DNA of 64,000 nucleotides from Clostridium butyricum (GTDB lineage Bacteria > Bacillota > Clostridia > Clostridiales > Clostridiaceae), in assembly GCA_015058475.1 (NCBI GenBank), contig SVCF01000002.1, forward strand, positions 13,102-77,101, written 5' to 3'. Under the pieces are notes generated by a model. The model saw only the letters and a program-made list of their open reading frames with translations. It did no database searches and had not been told where the DNA came from. A program made the translations under genes and the position numbers. Of this stretch, positions 32,127-41,628 are shown one piece after another; the first letter of the stretch is position 1, and each line of letters begins with the position of its first letter.

Positions 32127-32288
32127 TTATTTCTTAACTATATTAATTTCATGGCATGATTTAACTGAAGAACATCCTGAACATCCACAGCCACAACCAC
32201 CTTGTCCAGTTTTAGATTTCTTAAATTGTTTTATAACGACAAATATCATACTTCCAATTACAATAGCTCCAATAATTGCTGTCGCCAT
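32127..32288 (-). CDS. FeoB-associated Cys-rich membrane protein (53 aa; not in ORF track)
   Basis: MATAIIGAIVIGSMIFVVIKQFKKSKTGQGGCGCGCSGCSSVKSCHEINIVKK with RBS AAGGAAG, downstream of feoB. Confidence 0.88.
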   Translation of the reverse strand: MATAIIGAIVIGSMIFVVIKQFKKSKTGQGGCGCGCSGCSSVKSCHEINIVKK

Positions 32289-32488
32289 TTTTTTCACTTC
32301 CTTTACTATAATATAATAATAGATACCCGAAAGTATAACTCTACTTTACTGTAACATATACTCTTTGGAGGTTACATGCGTAAGTATTAATCTCTTTGGG
32401 TATCTATATTTAAATATTAGTCAACCTGCTACTTCTAAGTTGTTTATAAATATATTTTAGAATATAAATTATTATGTCATAACTCAAA

Positions 32489-34639
32489 TTATTTGCTATA
32501 ACTTAATTGTCCCTTTACATTACTTCTTTCTGAATTCCTACCAGACATTATAACTAGTACAATTATTGCAATAAGAATTATTACTGAAATTGCTGCTCCA
32601 GCAAAGCTTCCATATCCACCAATAAAGCTTCCAACTTGATTAATAACAAGTGCTACTAAATATGCTGTACCTGTTTGAAATCCTATTGTAATCCACATCC
32701 ATTTCCATGAACCCATTTCTCTTCGTATTGCTCCTATAGCTGCAAAACATGGTGCATTAAGCATATTAAATGCCATAAATGCATAAGCACTAGCTATAGT
32801 AAACATGCCTGAAATGTTTTGAACTAATGTTGGATCATCTTCTGCTGCTTCTGCTATTCCAAATAATACTCCAAATGTTCCAACAACATTTTCTTTTGCA
32901 ACAAAGCCAGTAATTGATGCTACAGAACTTTGCCAGTTGCCAAATCCAAGTGGTGCAAAGATTGGCGCAATCACATTACCTACAGCTGCTAATATACTTT
33001 CTCCTGCATCTACCATTTCAAGTCTGAAATTAAATGAACTTAAGAACCAAATCACTCCACAAGCCACAAATATTATTGTACCTGCTTTAATTATAAAGGC
33101 TTTACCTCTATCCCACATATGAAGTAATACATTTTTAACGCTTGGAATATGATATTGTGGTAATTCCATAACAAATGGTGCTGGTTCACCTTTAAAGAAC
33201 TTTGTTTGTTTTAAAATAATACCACAAATAATTATCATTGCAATTCCTAAGAAATATACAGATGGTGCCACCCATGAAGCTCCTCCAAATAACGCTCCTG
33301 CAAACAAAGCAATAATAGGAAGCTTAGCTCCACAAGGAATAAATGTAGTAAGCATAATTGTCATTTTTCTATCTCTATCATTTTCCATTGTACGAGTTGC
33401 CATAATTCCTGGTACTCCGCATCCTGAACTTATAAGCATTGGTATGAATGATTTTCCTGACAAGCCAAATTTGCGGAAAACTCTATCCATTATAAATGCT
33501 ACTCTAGCCATATACCCACAATCTTCAAGAATAGATAATAACAAGAATAATAACATTATTTGAGGAACAAATCCTAAAACTGCTCCAACTCCACCAATTA
33601 ATCCATCTATAATTAAGCTATATAGCCATTCTGCAACGCCCACTCCTTCAAGCCAGCTACCAACATTACCTGATATAATTTCTCCAAATAAAGTATCATT
33701 AGTCCAGTCTGTCACTATAGTTCCAAGTGAACTTACAGCTATGTAATACACAGCCCACATAATTCCTGCAAATATTGGTAATGCTAGAAATCTATTAGTA
33801 ATTATTTTATCAATTTTATCTGAAGTTGATTCATTTGAATTGTTTGCTTTCTTAATTGCTTGTGATACAATTGTTCCAATAAAAGCATATCTATCTGATG
33901 TTATAATGCTTTCACTATCATCATCTAACTCATCTTCACATTTTTTAATTATTTCTTCTATTTTGCTTAAATTACTATCATTTATTTTTAATTGTTGAAT
34001 TATCTTTTCATCTCTTTCAAACAACTTTATTGCTAAATATTTGTTCTCTATACCAGTAAAAGGTAAATTTTCTTTAGCATACTTTTCTATTTGTGAAAGT
34101 GCACTTTCACATTCTTCTGAGAATGGTAATACGAAATTCATCTTTTTCTTTGCATTTGCAATATCAACTGCTTTTTGTGCTACTTCTTTAAGACCCTTTC
34201 CCTTTAGTGCTGACGTTTCAACAACTGGACATCCTAGAGTTTTTGACAATTTAACAACATCAATTTTATCTCCATTTTTTTCTACTATATCCATCATATT
34301 AAGGGCTATTACAGTTGGTATTCCAAGCTCTAATATTTGTGTAGTTAAATATAAATTTCTTTCTATATTAGATGCATCAACTATATTAATTACTGCATCT
34401 GGCTTATCATTAAGCATAAAATTACGTGTAACAACTTCCTCAAGAGTATATGGTGATAACGAATAAACTCCAGGTAAATCTACTATTTCAACATCTTTAT
34501 GTCCTTTAAGTTTACCACCCTTCTTTTCAACTGTTACTCCAGGCCAGTTACCAACATATTGTGTTGAACCTGTTAAATCATTAAAGATTGTTGTCTTACC
34601 ACAGTTTGGATTACCTGCAAGTCCTATTTTAATTGACAT
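32489..34639 (-). CDS. feoB: Ferrous iron transporter B
   Basis: GNPNCGKT, VGNWPGVTVEKK, DLPGVYSL, NMMD G-motifs; membrane domain. Confidence 0.97.
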   Translation of the reverse strand: MSIKIGLAGNPNCGKTTIFNDLTGSTQYVGNWPGVTVEKKGGKLKGHKDVEIVDLPGVYSLSPYTLEEVVTRNFMLNDKPDAVINIVDASNIERNLYLTTQILELGIPTVIALNMMDIVEKNGDKIDVVKLSKTLGCPVVETSALKGKGLKEVAQKAVDIANAKKKMNFVLPFSEECESALSQIEKYAKENLPFTGIENKYLAIKLFERDEKIIQQLKINDSNLSKIEEIIKKCEDELDDDSESIITSDRYAFIGTIVSQAIKKANNSNESTSDKIDKIITNRFLALPIFAGIMWAVYYIAVSSLGTIVTDWTNDTLFGEIISGNVGSWLEGVGVAEWLYSLIIDGLIGGVGAVLGFVPQIMLLFLLLSILEDCGYMARVAFIMDRVFRKFGLSGKSFIPMLISSGCGVPGIMATRTMENDRDRKMTIMLTTFIPCGAKLPIIALFAGALFGGASWVAPSVYFLGIAMIIICGIILKQTKFFKGEPAPFVMELPQYHIPSVKNVLLHMWDRGKAFIIKAGTIIFVACGVIWFLSSFNFRLEMVDAGESILAAVGNVIAPIFAPLGFGNWQSSVASITGFVAKENVVGTFGVLFGIAEAAEDDPTLVQNISGMFTIASAYAFMAFNMLNAPCFAAIGAIRREMGSWKWMWITIGFQTGTAYLVALVINQVGSFIGGYGSFAGAAISVIILIAIIVLVIMSGRNSERSNVKGQLSYSK

Positions 34640-34733
34640 TTCTTTTCCCCCTTAGATTTGCAATTTATGTGTGCATAAGTAATTGTTAATAAATTTGAAA
34701 ATTAATTTTAATTAAACACCCGTGTCATAAATT

Positions 34734-34752
34734 ATTGAATTTCATTATCATT
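34734..34752. promoter_or_regulatory. Fur-like box between feoA and feoB
   Basis: Minus strand aatgataatgaaattcaat. Confidence 0.5.
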
Positions 34753-34766
34753 AATTGTGTAAAAAA

Positions 34767-34985
34767 TTACTCTATAACTATCATTTCAGCATCAGCTTTA
34801 CGAAGTGATAATTCATATCCTCGAACTGTTACTTCAATTGGATCGCCCAATGGTGCCACTTTACGAACAAATATTTCGCAACCTTTTGTAATTCCCATGT
34901 CCATAATACGTCTACGTACTGGACCTTCACCTTGAATTTTTGCAACCTTAACAGTTTCACCACATTTAATCTCTTTTAATGTCAT
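34767..34985 (-). CDS. feoA: Ferrous iron transport protein A
   Basis: RRRIMDMGIT...APLGDPIE...LSLRK. Confidence 0.95.
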   Translation of the reverse strand: MTLKEIKCGETVKVAKIQGEGPVRRRIMDMGITKGCEIFVRKVAPLGDPIEVTVRGYELSLRKADAEMIVIE

Positions 34986-35031
34986 AATAGCTTGTCCTCC
35001 TACAAATTTTATATACTAAATTTATTTTAAA

Positions 35032-35241
35032 CTACACCATAATACGACTAGCCATTCCTTTATCCAAAGCAACTCTAGTCCCTTTAACATTTATAATCAT
35101 ATTTCCACCTAATTCAGAAATAACAGTAACAATTTCTCCTGCTACAAATCCTAAACTATTTAAAAATCTTTTTGTTTCATCATTTCCTGTAATCTTCTTA
35201 ATACATAACTCATGTCCTTTATTAGCTAACATTAATGGCAT
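35032..35241 (-). CDS. feoA: Second FeoA-family protein
   Basis: MPLMLANKG...RFLNSLGFVAG...VKGTRVALDKGMASRIMV; start moved to ATG 35241 after GGGGG. Confidence 0.9.
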   Translation of the reverse strand: MPLMLANKGHELCIKKITGNDETKRFLNSLGFVAGEIVTVISELGGNMIINVKGTRVALDKGMASRIMV

Positions 35242-35281
35242 ATAAATCCCCCCACTTCTACTAATCAAAAACCATATATTA

Positions 35282-35353
35282 GTTGAGAATGATTCTAACT
35301 TTTCTTTAATCATAATAGCATATTTTTTCAGTAATTGCAAATAATTTTCAATT
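35282..35353. promoter_or_regulatory. Two Fur-like boxes around the feo promoter
   Basis: gttgagaatgattctaact (35282-35300) and aattgcaaataattttcaatt (35333-35353); minus strand TTGCAA-17-TATTAT. Confidence 0.65.
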
Positions 35354-35469
35354 TCTCTTTTATATAACATATAATGTATAAGATTCTATTCAATTTAATT
35401 GAAGAACTTCTAAGGAATAATTCACATAATAACATAAAACTATAATAGGCTCTAATAGATATTAGAACC

Positions 35470-36126
35470 TCAGATTGTAGACAAAAATTCGTTTAAATCT
35501 TTTAGTATTGTTATCTTTCCCCTCTCTATTTTTATATATTCTTCCTTTTCAATTAACTTTAAATTTCTGCTAACAACTTCCCTTGTAGAATCAATCTCTA
35601 ATGCTAAGTCTCTATGTGTTCCATAAATAATTTTACTATTTTTACTTATAAGTGTTTTTATAAGTCTTGTTTGCAAAGAATTATGATTTTTCTCTTCCCT
35701 TTTTTCTATCACTACATTGAATTTTCTATACAAATCTTCATATATATATTTTAAAAATTCTGAATCCTTAAGTAGGTATTGTTTTACTATATCTATAGGA
35801 ATTATGCATATTATTGAATCTAAAATTGCTGTTCCTACAATATTTAATGATCTAAAATCCAACAAACAACTCAGCGCTTCATGGCATATATCTCCTTCTT
35901 TAATATCATAAAGACTCGTTTCTTCACCGTCTTCACTAAGCCTTTGAATTTTCAATGTACCACTTGCTACAAATAAAATTCCCTGACATACTCCTTTGGC
36001 AGATGATATATATTCATTAGAGTATAACATTTTAAATTGAGCATTTTTATCTATTATTTTTTCATTATGTTCATTAATATCTTTTAATATTGGATATTTA
36101 TCATATAAAAGTTCTAAATTTTTCAT
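35470..36126 (-). CDS. Crp/Fnr-family transcriptional regulator
   Basis: cNMP-binding-like N domain (SGTLKIQRLSEDGEE); C-terminal HTH THRDLALEIDSTREVVSRNLK. Confidence 0.9.
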   Translation of the reverse strand: MKNLELLYDKYPILKDINEHNEKIIDKNAQFKMLYSNEYISSAKGVCQGILFVASGTLKIQRLSEDGEETSLYDIKEGDICHEALSCLLDFRSLNIVGTAILDSIICIIPIDIVKQYLLKDSEFLKYIYEDLYRKFNVVIEKREEKNHNSLQTRLIKTLISKNSKIIYGTHRDLALEIDSTREVVSRNLKLIEKEEYIKIERGKITILKDLNEFLSTI

Positions 36127-36171
36127 AATATTCCTCCATGTGTTAGATATAATTTATGTTAATCTATGTTA

Positions 36172-36186
36172 TGTGATTAAGTTACA
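36172..36186. promoter_or_regulatory. Putative Crp/Fnr-type site between the divergent genes
   Basis: TGTGAttaagTTACA imperfect palindrome. Confidence 0.45.
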
Positions 36187-36256
36187 AACATTCCTTTATT
36201 ATTATTATAAGATAAGAATATACCAATCTGTACTTATATGAAAGGAGTTTTTTACT

Positions 36257-36475
36257 ATGAAAAAAGGCTTAGTCAGAAAACAAGCATTAGTAAACAAAGA
36301 ATATTGTGTTGGCTGTGGATCTTGTATACAAGTGTGCCCTCTTAAAGCTATTTCAATTAATAATGGAACTTTTGCAATGGTCGACATTAATAAATGCGTA
36401 GGCTGTGGTAAATGTGCATACACCTGCCCCGCATCAACAATTGAAATACTTACAATATCAGGAGGAGTTAACTAA
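36257..36475 (+). CDS. 2x[4Fe-4S] ferredoxin-type protein
   Basis: CVGCGSCIQVCP and CVGCGKCAYTCP; RBS AAGGAG. Confidence 0.92.
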   Translation: MKKGLVRKQALVNKEYCVGCGSCIQVCPLKAISINNGTFAMVDINKCVGCGKCAYTCPASTIEILTISGGVN

Positions 36476-37047
36476 TGAAAAATAAAAAACACTGGTCTGA
36501 ATATATGTGGATATTATCATCTCTTTATTTAATTTTAGGCATCTTCAATATTTTATTTGCCTGGCTAGGATTAATTTGTTTCATTCTTCCATTATTAATA
36601 TCAATCATTAATGGAAATAAGTCATATTGTAATAAATATTGTGGTAGAGGTCAGCTATTTAACCTTATTGGTTCTAAACTCAAATTCTCAAGAAATAATT
36701 CTCTCCCTAAATTTTTAAAGACTAAATACTTCAGATATGGATTTTTAGCATTCTTTATGCTAATGTTCTTTAATATGCTTTTTAATACCTATTTAGTTTT
36801 TAATAATGTTAATTCATTAAAAGAAGTTCTGACACTTTTCTGGACATTTAAGCTTCCTTGGAATTTTAATGATTTATCAACTGTAACTCCATGGATTGCA
36901 CAATTTTCATTTGGATTTTATAGCATGATGGTTACTTCAACATTACTTGGTCTTATTTCGATGTTTTTCTTTAAACCAAGATCTTGGTGCGTTTATTGTC
37001 CGATGGGAACAATGACCCAGGGAATCTGCATTATAAAAAATAAGTAG
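36475..37047 (+). CDS. Membrane 4Fe-4S-binding (polyferredoxin-like) protein
   Basis: YCNKYCGRG and WCVYCPMG motifs, several TMs; TAATG coupling to the ferredoxin. Confidence 0.85.
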   Translation: MKNKKHWSEYMWILSSLYLILGIFNILFAWLGLICFILPLLISIINGNKSYCNKYCGRGQLFNLIGSKLKFSRNNSLPKFLKTKYFRYGFLAFFMLMFFNMLFNTYLVFNNVNSLKEVLTLFWTFKLPWNFNDLSTVTPWIAQFSFGFYSMMVTSTLLGLISMFFFKPRSWCVYCPMGTMTQGICIIKNK

Positions 37048-37286
37048 AATTACTTTCAATTTATATGCTATAAGTACTGCTTGATTTATAAAAATTGTAT
37101 ATATGATGCAATTAATAATCTACTTAAGAAGCACTACTCCTATGACCATATTTATAAAAAAAATATCAGTACAATATATACAAAAATATCTCTTACACTT
37201 CACACTGTAAGAGATATTTAGTATATTTTTAATTTAAATATATTCTATTTTATATTACTTTTTTATAATTCTGTATAATAAAATTT

Positions 37287-38300
37287 CTATTTAAAATACT
37301 CAAGTCCAATAGCTTCACGAACTTCTTTTAATGTTTGTGCTGATACTTCTCTAGCTTTATCACTACCTTCTTTAAGCATCTTATAAACATAATCCATATT
37401 CTTTGCGTATTCTAATCTTCTATTTCTTATTGGTTCAAGTTCAGCCTGCATTACTTCATTTAAGTATTTCTTCACTTTCATATCTCCAAGACCGCCACGT
37501 CTATAGTGAGCTTTCATCTCTTCAACTTCTTCTTTATTTGGAGCAAAAACATCTAAATAAGTAAATACTGTATTTCCTTCAACTTGACCTGGATCTTCTA
37601 CTCTTATATGATTTGGATCTGTATACATTGACATTACTTTTTTCTTTATTGTATCTGCATCATCAGCTAAGTATATACAGTTACCAATTGATTTACTCAT
37701 TTTAGCTTTTCCATCTGTTCCTGGTAATCTTCCCATCGTATCTTTTGGAATTACAGCTTCTGGCTCAACTAGTACATCACCATATATAGAATTAAAGCTT
37801 CTAACTATTTCTCTTGTTTGCTCAATCATAGGCAATTGATCTTCTCCAACTGGAACTGTTGTAGCTTTAAAAGCTGTAATGTCTGCCGCTTGGCTTACTG
37901 GATATATTAAAAATCCTGCTGGAATACTATTTTCATAATTTTTTTGTTTGATTTCTGATTTAACTGTAGGATTTCTCTCTAACCTTGATAATGTAACAAG
38001 ATTTAAATAATGCATTGTAAGTTCATGTAATTCTGGTAATTGTGATTGAACAAATATTGTTGATTTGCTTGGATCTATTCCTACTGCTAAATAATCTAAT
38101 GCCACTTCTGTAAGGCTTCTTTTTATTTTTTCTGGATCTCTAGCATTATCTGTTAATGCTTGTTGGTCTGCAATCATTATAAATGTTTCATATTCTCCTG
38201 TGTTTTGCATAGCAACTCTATTCTTTAATGACCCAATATAATGCCCTATATGAAGCTGTCCTGTTGGTCTATCACCTGTAAGTATTATTTTTTTTGCCAT
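37287..38300 (-). CDS. trpS: Tryptophan--tRNA ligase
   Basis: [14 protein letters not shown] (HIGH), VPVGEDQ, KMSKS; preceded by a Trp T-box. Confidence 0.97.
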   Translation of the reverse strand: MAKKIILTGDRPTGQLHIGHYIGSLKNRVAMQNTGEYETFIMIADQQALTDNARDPEKIKRSLTEVALDYLAVGIDPSKSTIFVQSQLPELHELTMHYLNLVTLSRLERNPTVKSEIKQKNYENSIPAGFLIYPVSQAADITAFKATTVPVGEDQLPMIEQTREIVRSFNSIYGDVLVEPEAVIPKDTMGRLPGTDGKAKMSKSIGNCIYLADDADTIKKKVMSMYTDPNHIRVEDPGQVEGNTVFTYLDVFAPNKEEVEEMKAHYRRGGLGDMKVKKYLNEVMQAELEPIRNRRLEYAKNMDYVYKMLKEGSDKAREVSAQTLKEVREAIGLEYFK

Positions 38301-38345
38301 TTTATACACTCCTCTTATTAAACTTACTATTCATAAATTTACAAA

Positions 38346-38595
38346 TAAAAAACCGCCCTAAAATCATATATAGGACGGATATATTCCGCGGTACCACCTA
38401 AATTGTATCATAATAATTATAATACCTCTTTAAAAAAACTGCTGTAAGGTGCAGACACCATATTAGATACTCACAAAAAGTTTTCCCCATATTCCTCAAA
38501 GGTCCATTCGTAAAATCATTCTTGTTAAGCTTCCACCACCACTTAACTCTCTTTATCGATACTAGATTTAACTACTACTCCTTATCATAGGATTA
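38346..38595 (-). ncRNA. T-box riboswitch (Trp specifier)
   Basis: AGGTGGTACCGCG T-box at about 38387-38399, terminator ccgtccta...tagggcgg-tttttt, stem I with AGTA and AGAGA motifs, specifier TGG at 38504-38506. Confidence 0.93.
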
Positions 38596-38667
38596 ATTAT
38601 ATTGCATTGTAATCTTATATGTACTACAATCTTAATTCTTTCTATTAAAATTGTCAACAAATGATTT

Positions 38668-38910
38668 TTACGCTTCTTTTGAATTATTTTTTACTATCTC
38701 ATCTATTACTTTTACTCTATGTTCTTCTAAAACATTAGCTATTTTTACAGACATACTTTTTTCTTTGTATATTGTATCCTTATTAGCTTCAACAATTTTT
38801 AATATTTTATCTTGCATCTTATCATAAGTTATTAAATCATCATAGTATGTATCTACTATATCCTTTAAACATGTTGCTAACTCTCTTGGATTCTTGTAAA
38901 CAGCTCTCAT
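38668..38910 (-). CDS. Small conserved clostridial protein (TIGR04540-like)
   Basis: MRAVYKNPRELATCLKDIVDTY N-terminus; RBS GAGGAG. Confidence 0.7.
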   Translation of the reverse strand: MRAVYKNPRELATCLKDIVDTYYDDLITYDKMQDKILKIVEANKDTIYKEKSMSVKIANVLEEHRVKVIDEIVKNNSKEA

Positions 38911-39131
38911 TTTAATCTCCTCATTATTATAAAAAATTAATTTCTATAGCTACCATTATGTTATGGTGCACTTTACTCATTATATCATCTTATTTATTAA
39001 AATTCTATATTAGTCTTTCTTCAAAATTTCAAATAATATACAAATTTAATTTTTAAATAAAATTAAAAAATAAATAAGATATATAAACATTGTGCATAAA
39101 TATGATTTTATATATCTTATTTAAATATCTG

Positions 39132-39566
39132 CTATTTTAAACTAATTGTAAAATCATTTGGTACTACCATTACTATACATTTTGCTTTTTTTACAACACT
39201 GGATGTTACTGAACCTATCATTCTACTTAGCCCTCTCTTAGTGGATTGGGTCATAACTATAATTCCAACATCTTCGTCTTTAGCCTTATTAATAATTTCA
39301 TCAGCTGGATAGCCAAAAGTAAAATAAGTTTCTACATTATATCCCTTCATTTTCTCCTTAGCTGCTTCTAATATATCCTTGCCAAGTTCCTTAGCACTTT
39401 TAACTTCTTCTGAAACTATCATTTCATTAATTAATACCAATTCCTTTACATTCATAATGATTATCTCTATTTCTGAATCCTTTGGAAATATTTCTTTTAC
39501 AAACTCTAAAGCATACATACTTCTTTCTGTTCCATCAATTGGTACTAATACTCTTTTTTTGTTCAT
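39132..39566 (-). CDS. Universal stress protein
   Basis: VLVPIDG, GYPADEII, IGSVTSSVVKKAKCIVMVV. Confidence 0.92.
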   Translation of the reverse strand: MNKKRVLVPIDGTERSMYALEFVKEIFPKDSEIEIIIMNVKELVLINEMIVSEEVKSAKELGKDILEAAKEKMKGYNVETYFTFGYPADEIINKAKDEDVGIIVMTQSTKRGLSRMIGSVTSSVVKKAKCIVMVVPNDFTISLK

Positions 39567-39750
39567 AATATCTACCCCCTTTTTCTTTTCGTTTATATTA
39601 TAATATTCTACGAAAACGTTTAAATTCCTCCTATATAAAAAACTATAACAAAATTTTGCTATAGTTCTTTATTATGATACATTCTAAACTTCTCTTTATA
39701 TTATGTAGTATTACATATTCATACTTTAAATTATGAATAATTTTTTATTT

Positions 39751-40587
39751 TTATTTTTTAATATATATTTCTTTAAGTAGCTCTATTTCTCTTTTATGTC
39801 CATCTAATTCATTTGGTGTTTCAAGGAAAAATGGTATTTCACATAGTTTTGGGTGATTTATAATTTTTTCAATAGCCTCAATACCTATAAATCCATTTCC
39901 TATTGTTTCATGCCTGTCTTTATGACTTTTAAATGGATTTTTGCTATCATTTAAATGTATTGCATATAATTTTTCTAACCCGATTATATTATCAAATTCT
40001 TTTAATACATCATCTAAATTATTAACTATATCATACCCTGCATCATAAACATGGCAAGTATCGAGACATACTCCTATTTTATCTTTTAAAGTAACTTTAT
40101 CTATGATTTCAGCTAGTTCTTCAAAACTTCTTCCAACTTCTGTACCTTTTCCAGACATAGTTTCTAAAAGAACAATAGTATTTTGCTCAGGCTTTAATAT
40201 TGTATTTAATGCTTCCACTATAAATTCTATCCCTATTTCTGAACCTTGCTTAACATGTGATCCTGGATGAAAATTATATAAATTTCCTGGAATATACTCC
40301 ATTCTTTTTAAATCATCTTTCATTATGTCTATAGCAAACTTTCTATTATCCTCATCCTTTGAACATACATTTAATGTATAAGGCGCATGAGCTAATATTT
40401 TTCCAAAATTATTTTCTTGTGCAATCTTTAAAAATGCTTTAACATCTTCCTCATCTATTTCTTTTGCCTTACTTCCTCTTGGATTTCGTGTGAAAAATTG
40501 AAAGGTATTTGCACCTATACTTATAGCATCTTCTCCCATTTTTTTAAATCCCTTGGATGAAGATAAATGACATCCTATTTTAAACAT
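39751..40587 (-). CDS. nfo: Endonuclease IV
   Basis: [47 protein letters not shown]. Confidence 0.96.
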   Translation of the reverse strand: MFKIGCHLSSSKGFKKMGEDAISIGANTFQFFTRNPRGSKAKEIDEEDVKAFLKIAQENNFGKILAHAPYTLNVCSKDEDNRKFAIDIMKDDLKRMEYIPGNLYNFHPGSHVKQGSEIGIEFIVEALNTILKPEQNTIVLLETMSGKGTEVGRSFEELAEIIDKVTLKDKIGVCLDTCHVYDAGYDIVNNLDDVLKEFDNIIGLEKLYAIHLNDSKNPFKSHKDRHETIGNGFIGIEAIEKIINHPKLCEIPFFLETPNELDGHKREIELLKEIYIKK

Positions 40588-40753
40588 ACTTTTTCCTCCA
40601 TTTAATCATTAGTTTACATTATTCTATTAGATATTTAATTTTTATTCAACTACATATAAATATTACTCTTCTTAAACAAAATAAAAGGCGCTATAACAGA
40701 TCAAGTATAAAACTCAATCTTATACAGAGCCTTTTATTATTATGTGCAATTTA

Positions 40754-41320
40754 TTAATTTTTAAAATATTCTACTAATTCAGCCATTGATTGATCAAATT
40801 CTTCTTTTGATGAATTCTTGAATATTCTCAATTCTGGAATGCCTTCTGGCTTTTCAAAATTACATCTTGATATATATTCATCCCAATTAGCTAATTTCCA
40901 AGTATCACGTTCTGAATTACGATCTATCATTCTTTGATGACAAACTTCTTTATCAGTTTCAACCCAAATAACAACTAATTCACAATCATGATCATGTAAT
41001 TTCTTTCTAAATGAATTCATGTAATCTAGATCTCTTATTTCTCTTGTGAATGGAGCATTAATTAACACTGTATCACAATAATCTAACGCTTCTAATGCTA
41101 AGTCAATAACAACTTCATATTCAGTATTTCTTATATTTTCTTCAAAGAAATCCGAACTTCTGTTATTTTCTTCTCCAGCAACTTTAAATACTTGATTAGA
41201 TAAACCTATTAATGTATCTTTATCTAAATATACCATTGGTTTAAGAGCCTTAGATATTTCTTTAGAAACATGTGTTTTTCCACATGCTGGCGGTGATGTT
41301 ACTAATATTAATCTTCTCAT
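40754..41320 (-). CDS. P-loop kinase/AAA_33-like protein
   Basis: Variant Walker A TSPPACGKT; YLDKD; RMIDRNSERD lid. Confidence 0.8.
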   Translation of the reverse strand: MRRLILVTSPPACGKTHVSKEISKALKPMVYLDKDTLIGLSNQVFKVAGEENNRSSDFFEENIRNTEYEVVIDLALEALDYCDTVLINAPFTREIRDLDYMNSFRKKLHDHDCELVVIWVETDKEVCHQRMIDRNSERDTWKLANWDEYISRCNFEKPEGIPELRIFKNSSKEEFDQSMAELVEYFKN

Positions 41321-41628
41321 CTTAAGTCGTCTCTCCCTACAAACAATTTATTAATCTTATTATTTAAAGCAACATATTTAGTTTGCTTTTTTACAAATTA
41401 ATTCGCTTAAATATTATACTATATTTCTATTAATAACTCAAAAAAATAGTAGACCATTTAGAGCTATGGCTACTACTTCTTTGTTGATAAAATTATAGTT
41501 TTTTTCTGTTGTTTTTGCAACTAGAAATATATATCAAGTTTTATAAAAATAACTTTATATAAACTAACTACCTTGTCTATTATATCAGCTTTTTTTTAAA
41601 AATAAAGCATATTTTTTAATTTTTTTAA

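Noticed and set aside
36205..36423. 72-aa minus-strand ORF with repeated PQPT
   Set aside because: Mirror of the two CxxCxxC motifs of the ferredoxin on the plus strand
37183..37219. CTTACA...TGTAAG as a second BceR site
   Set aside because: Spacing is wrong and it is the stem of the bidirectional terminator between convergent genes
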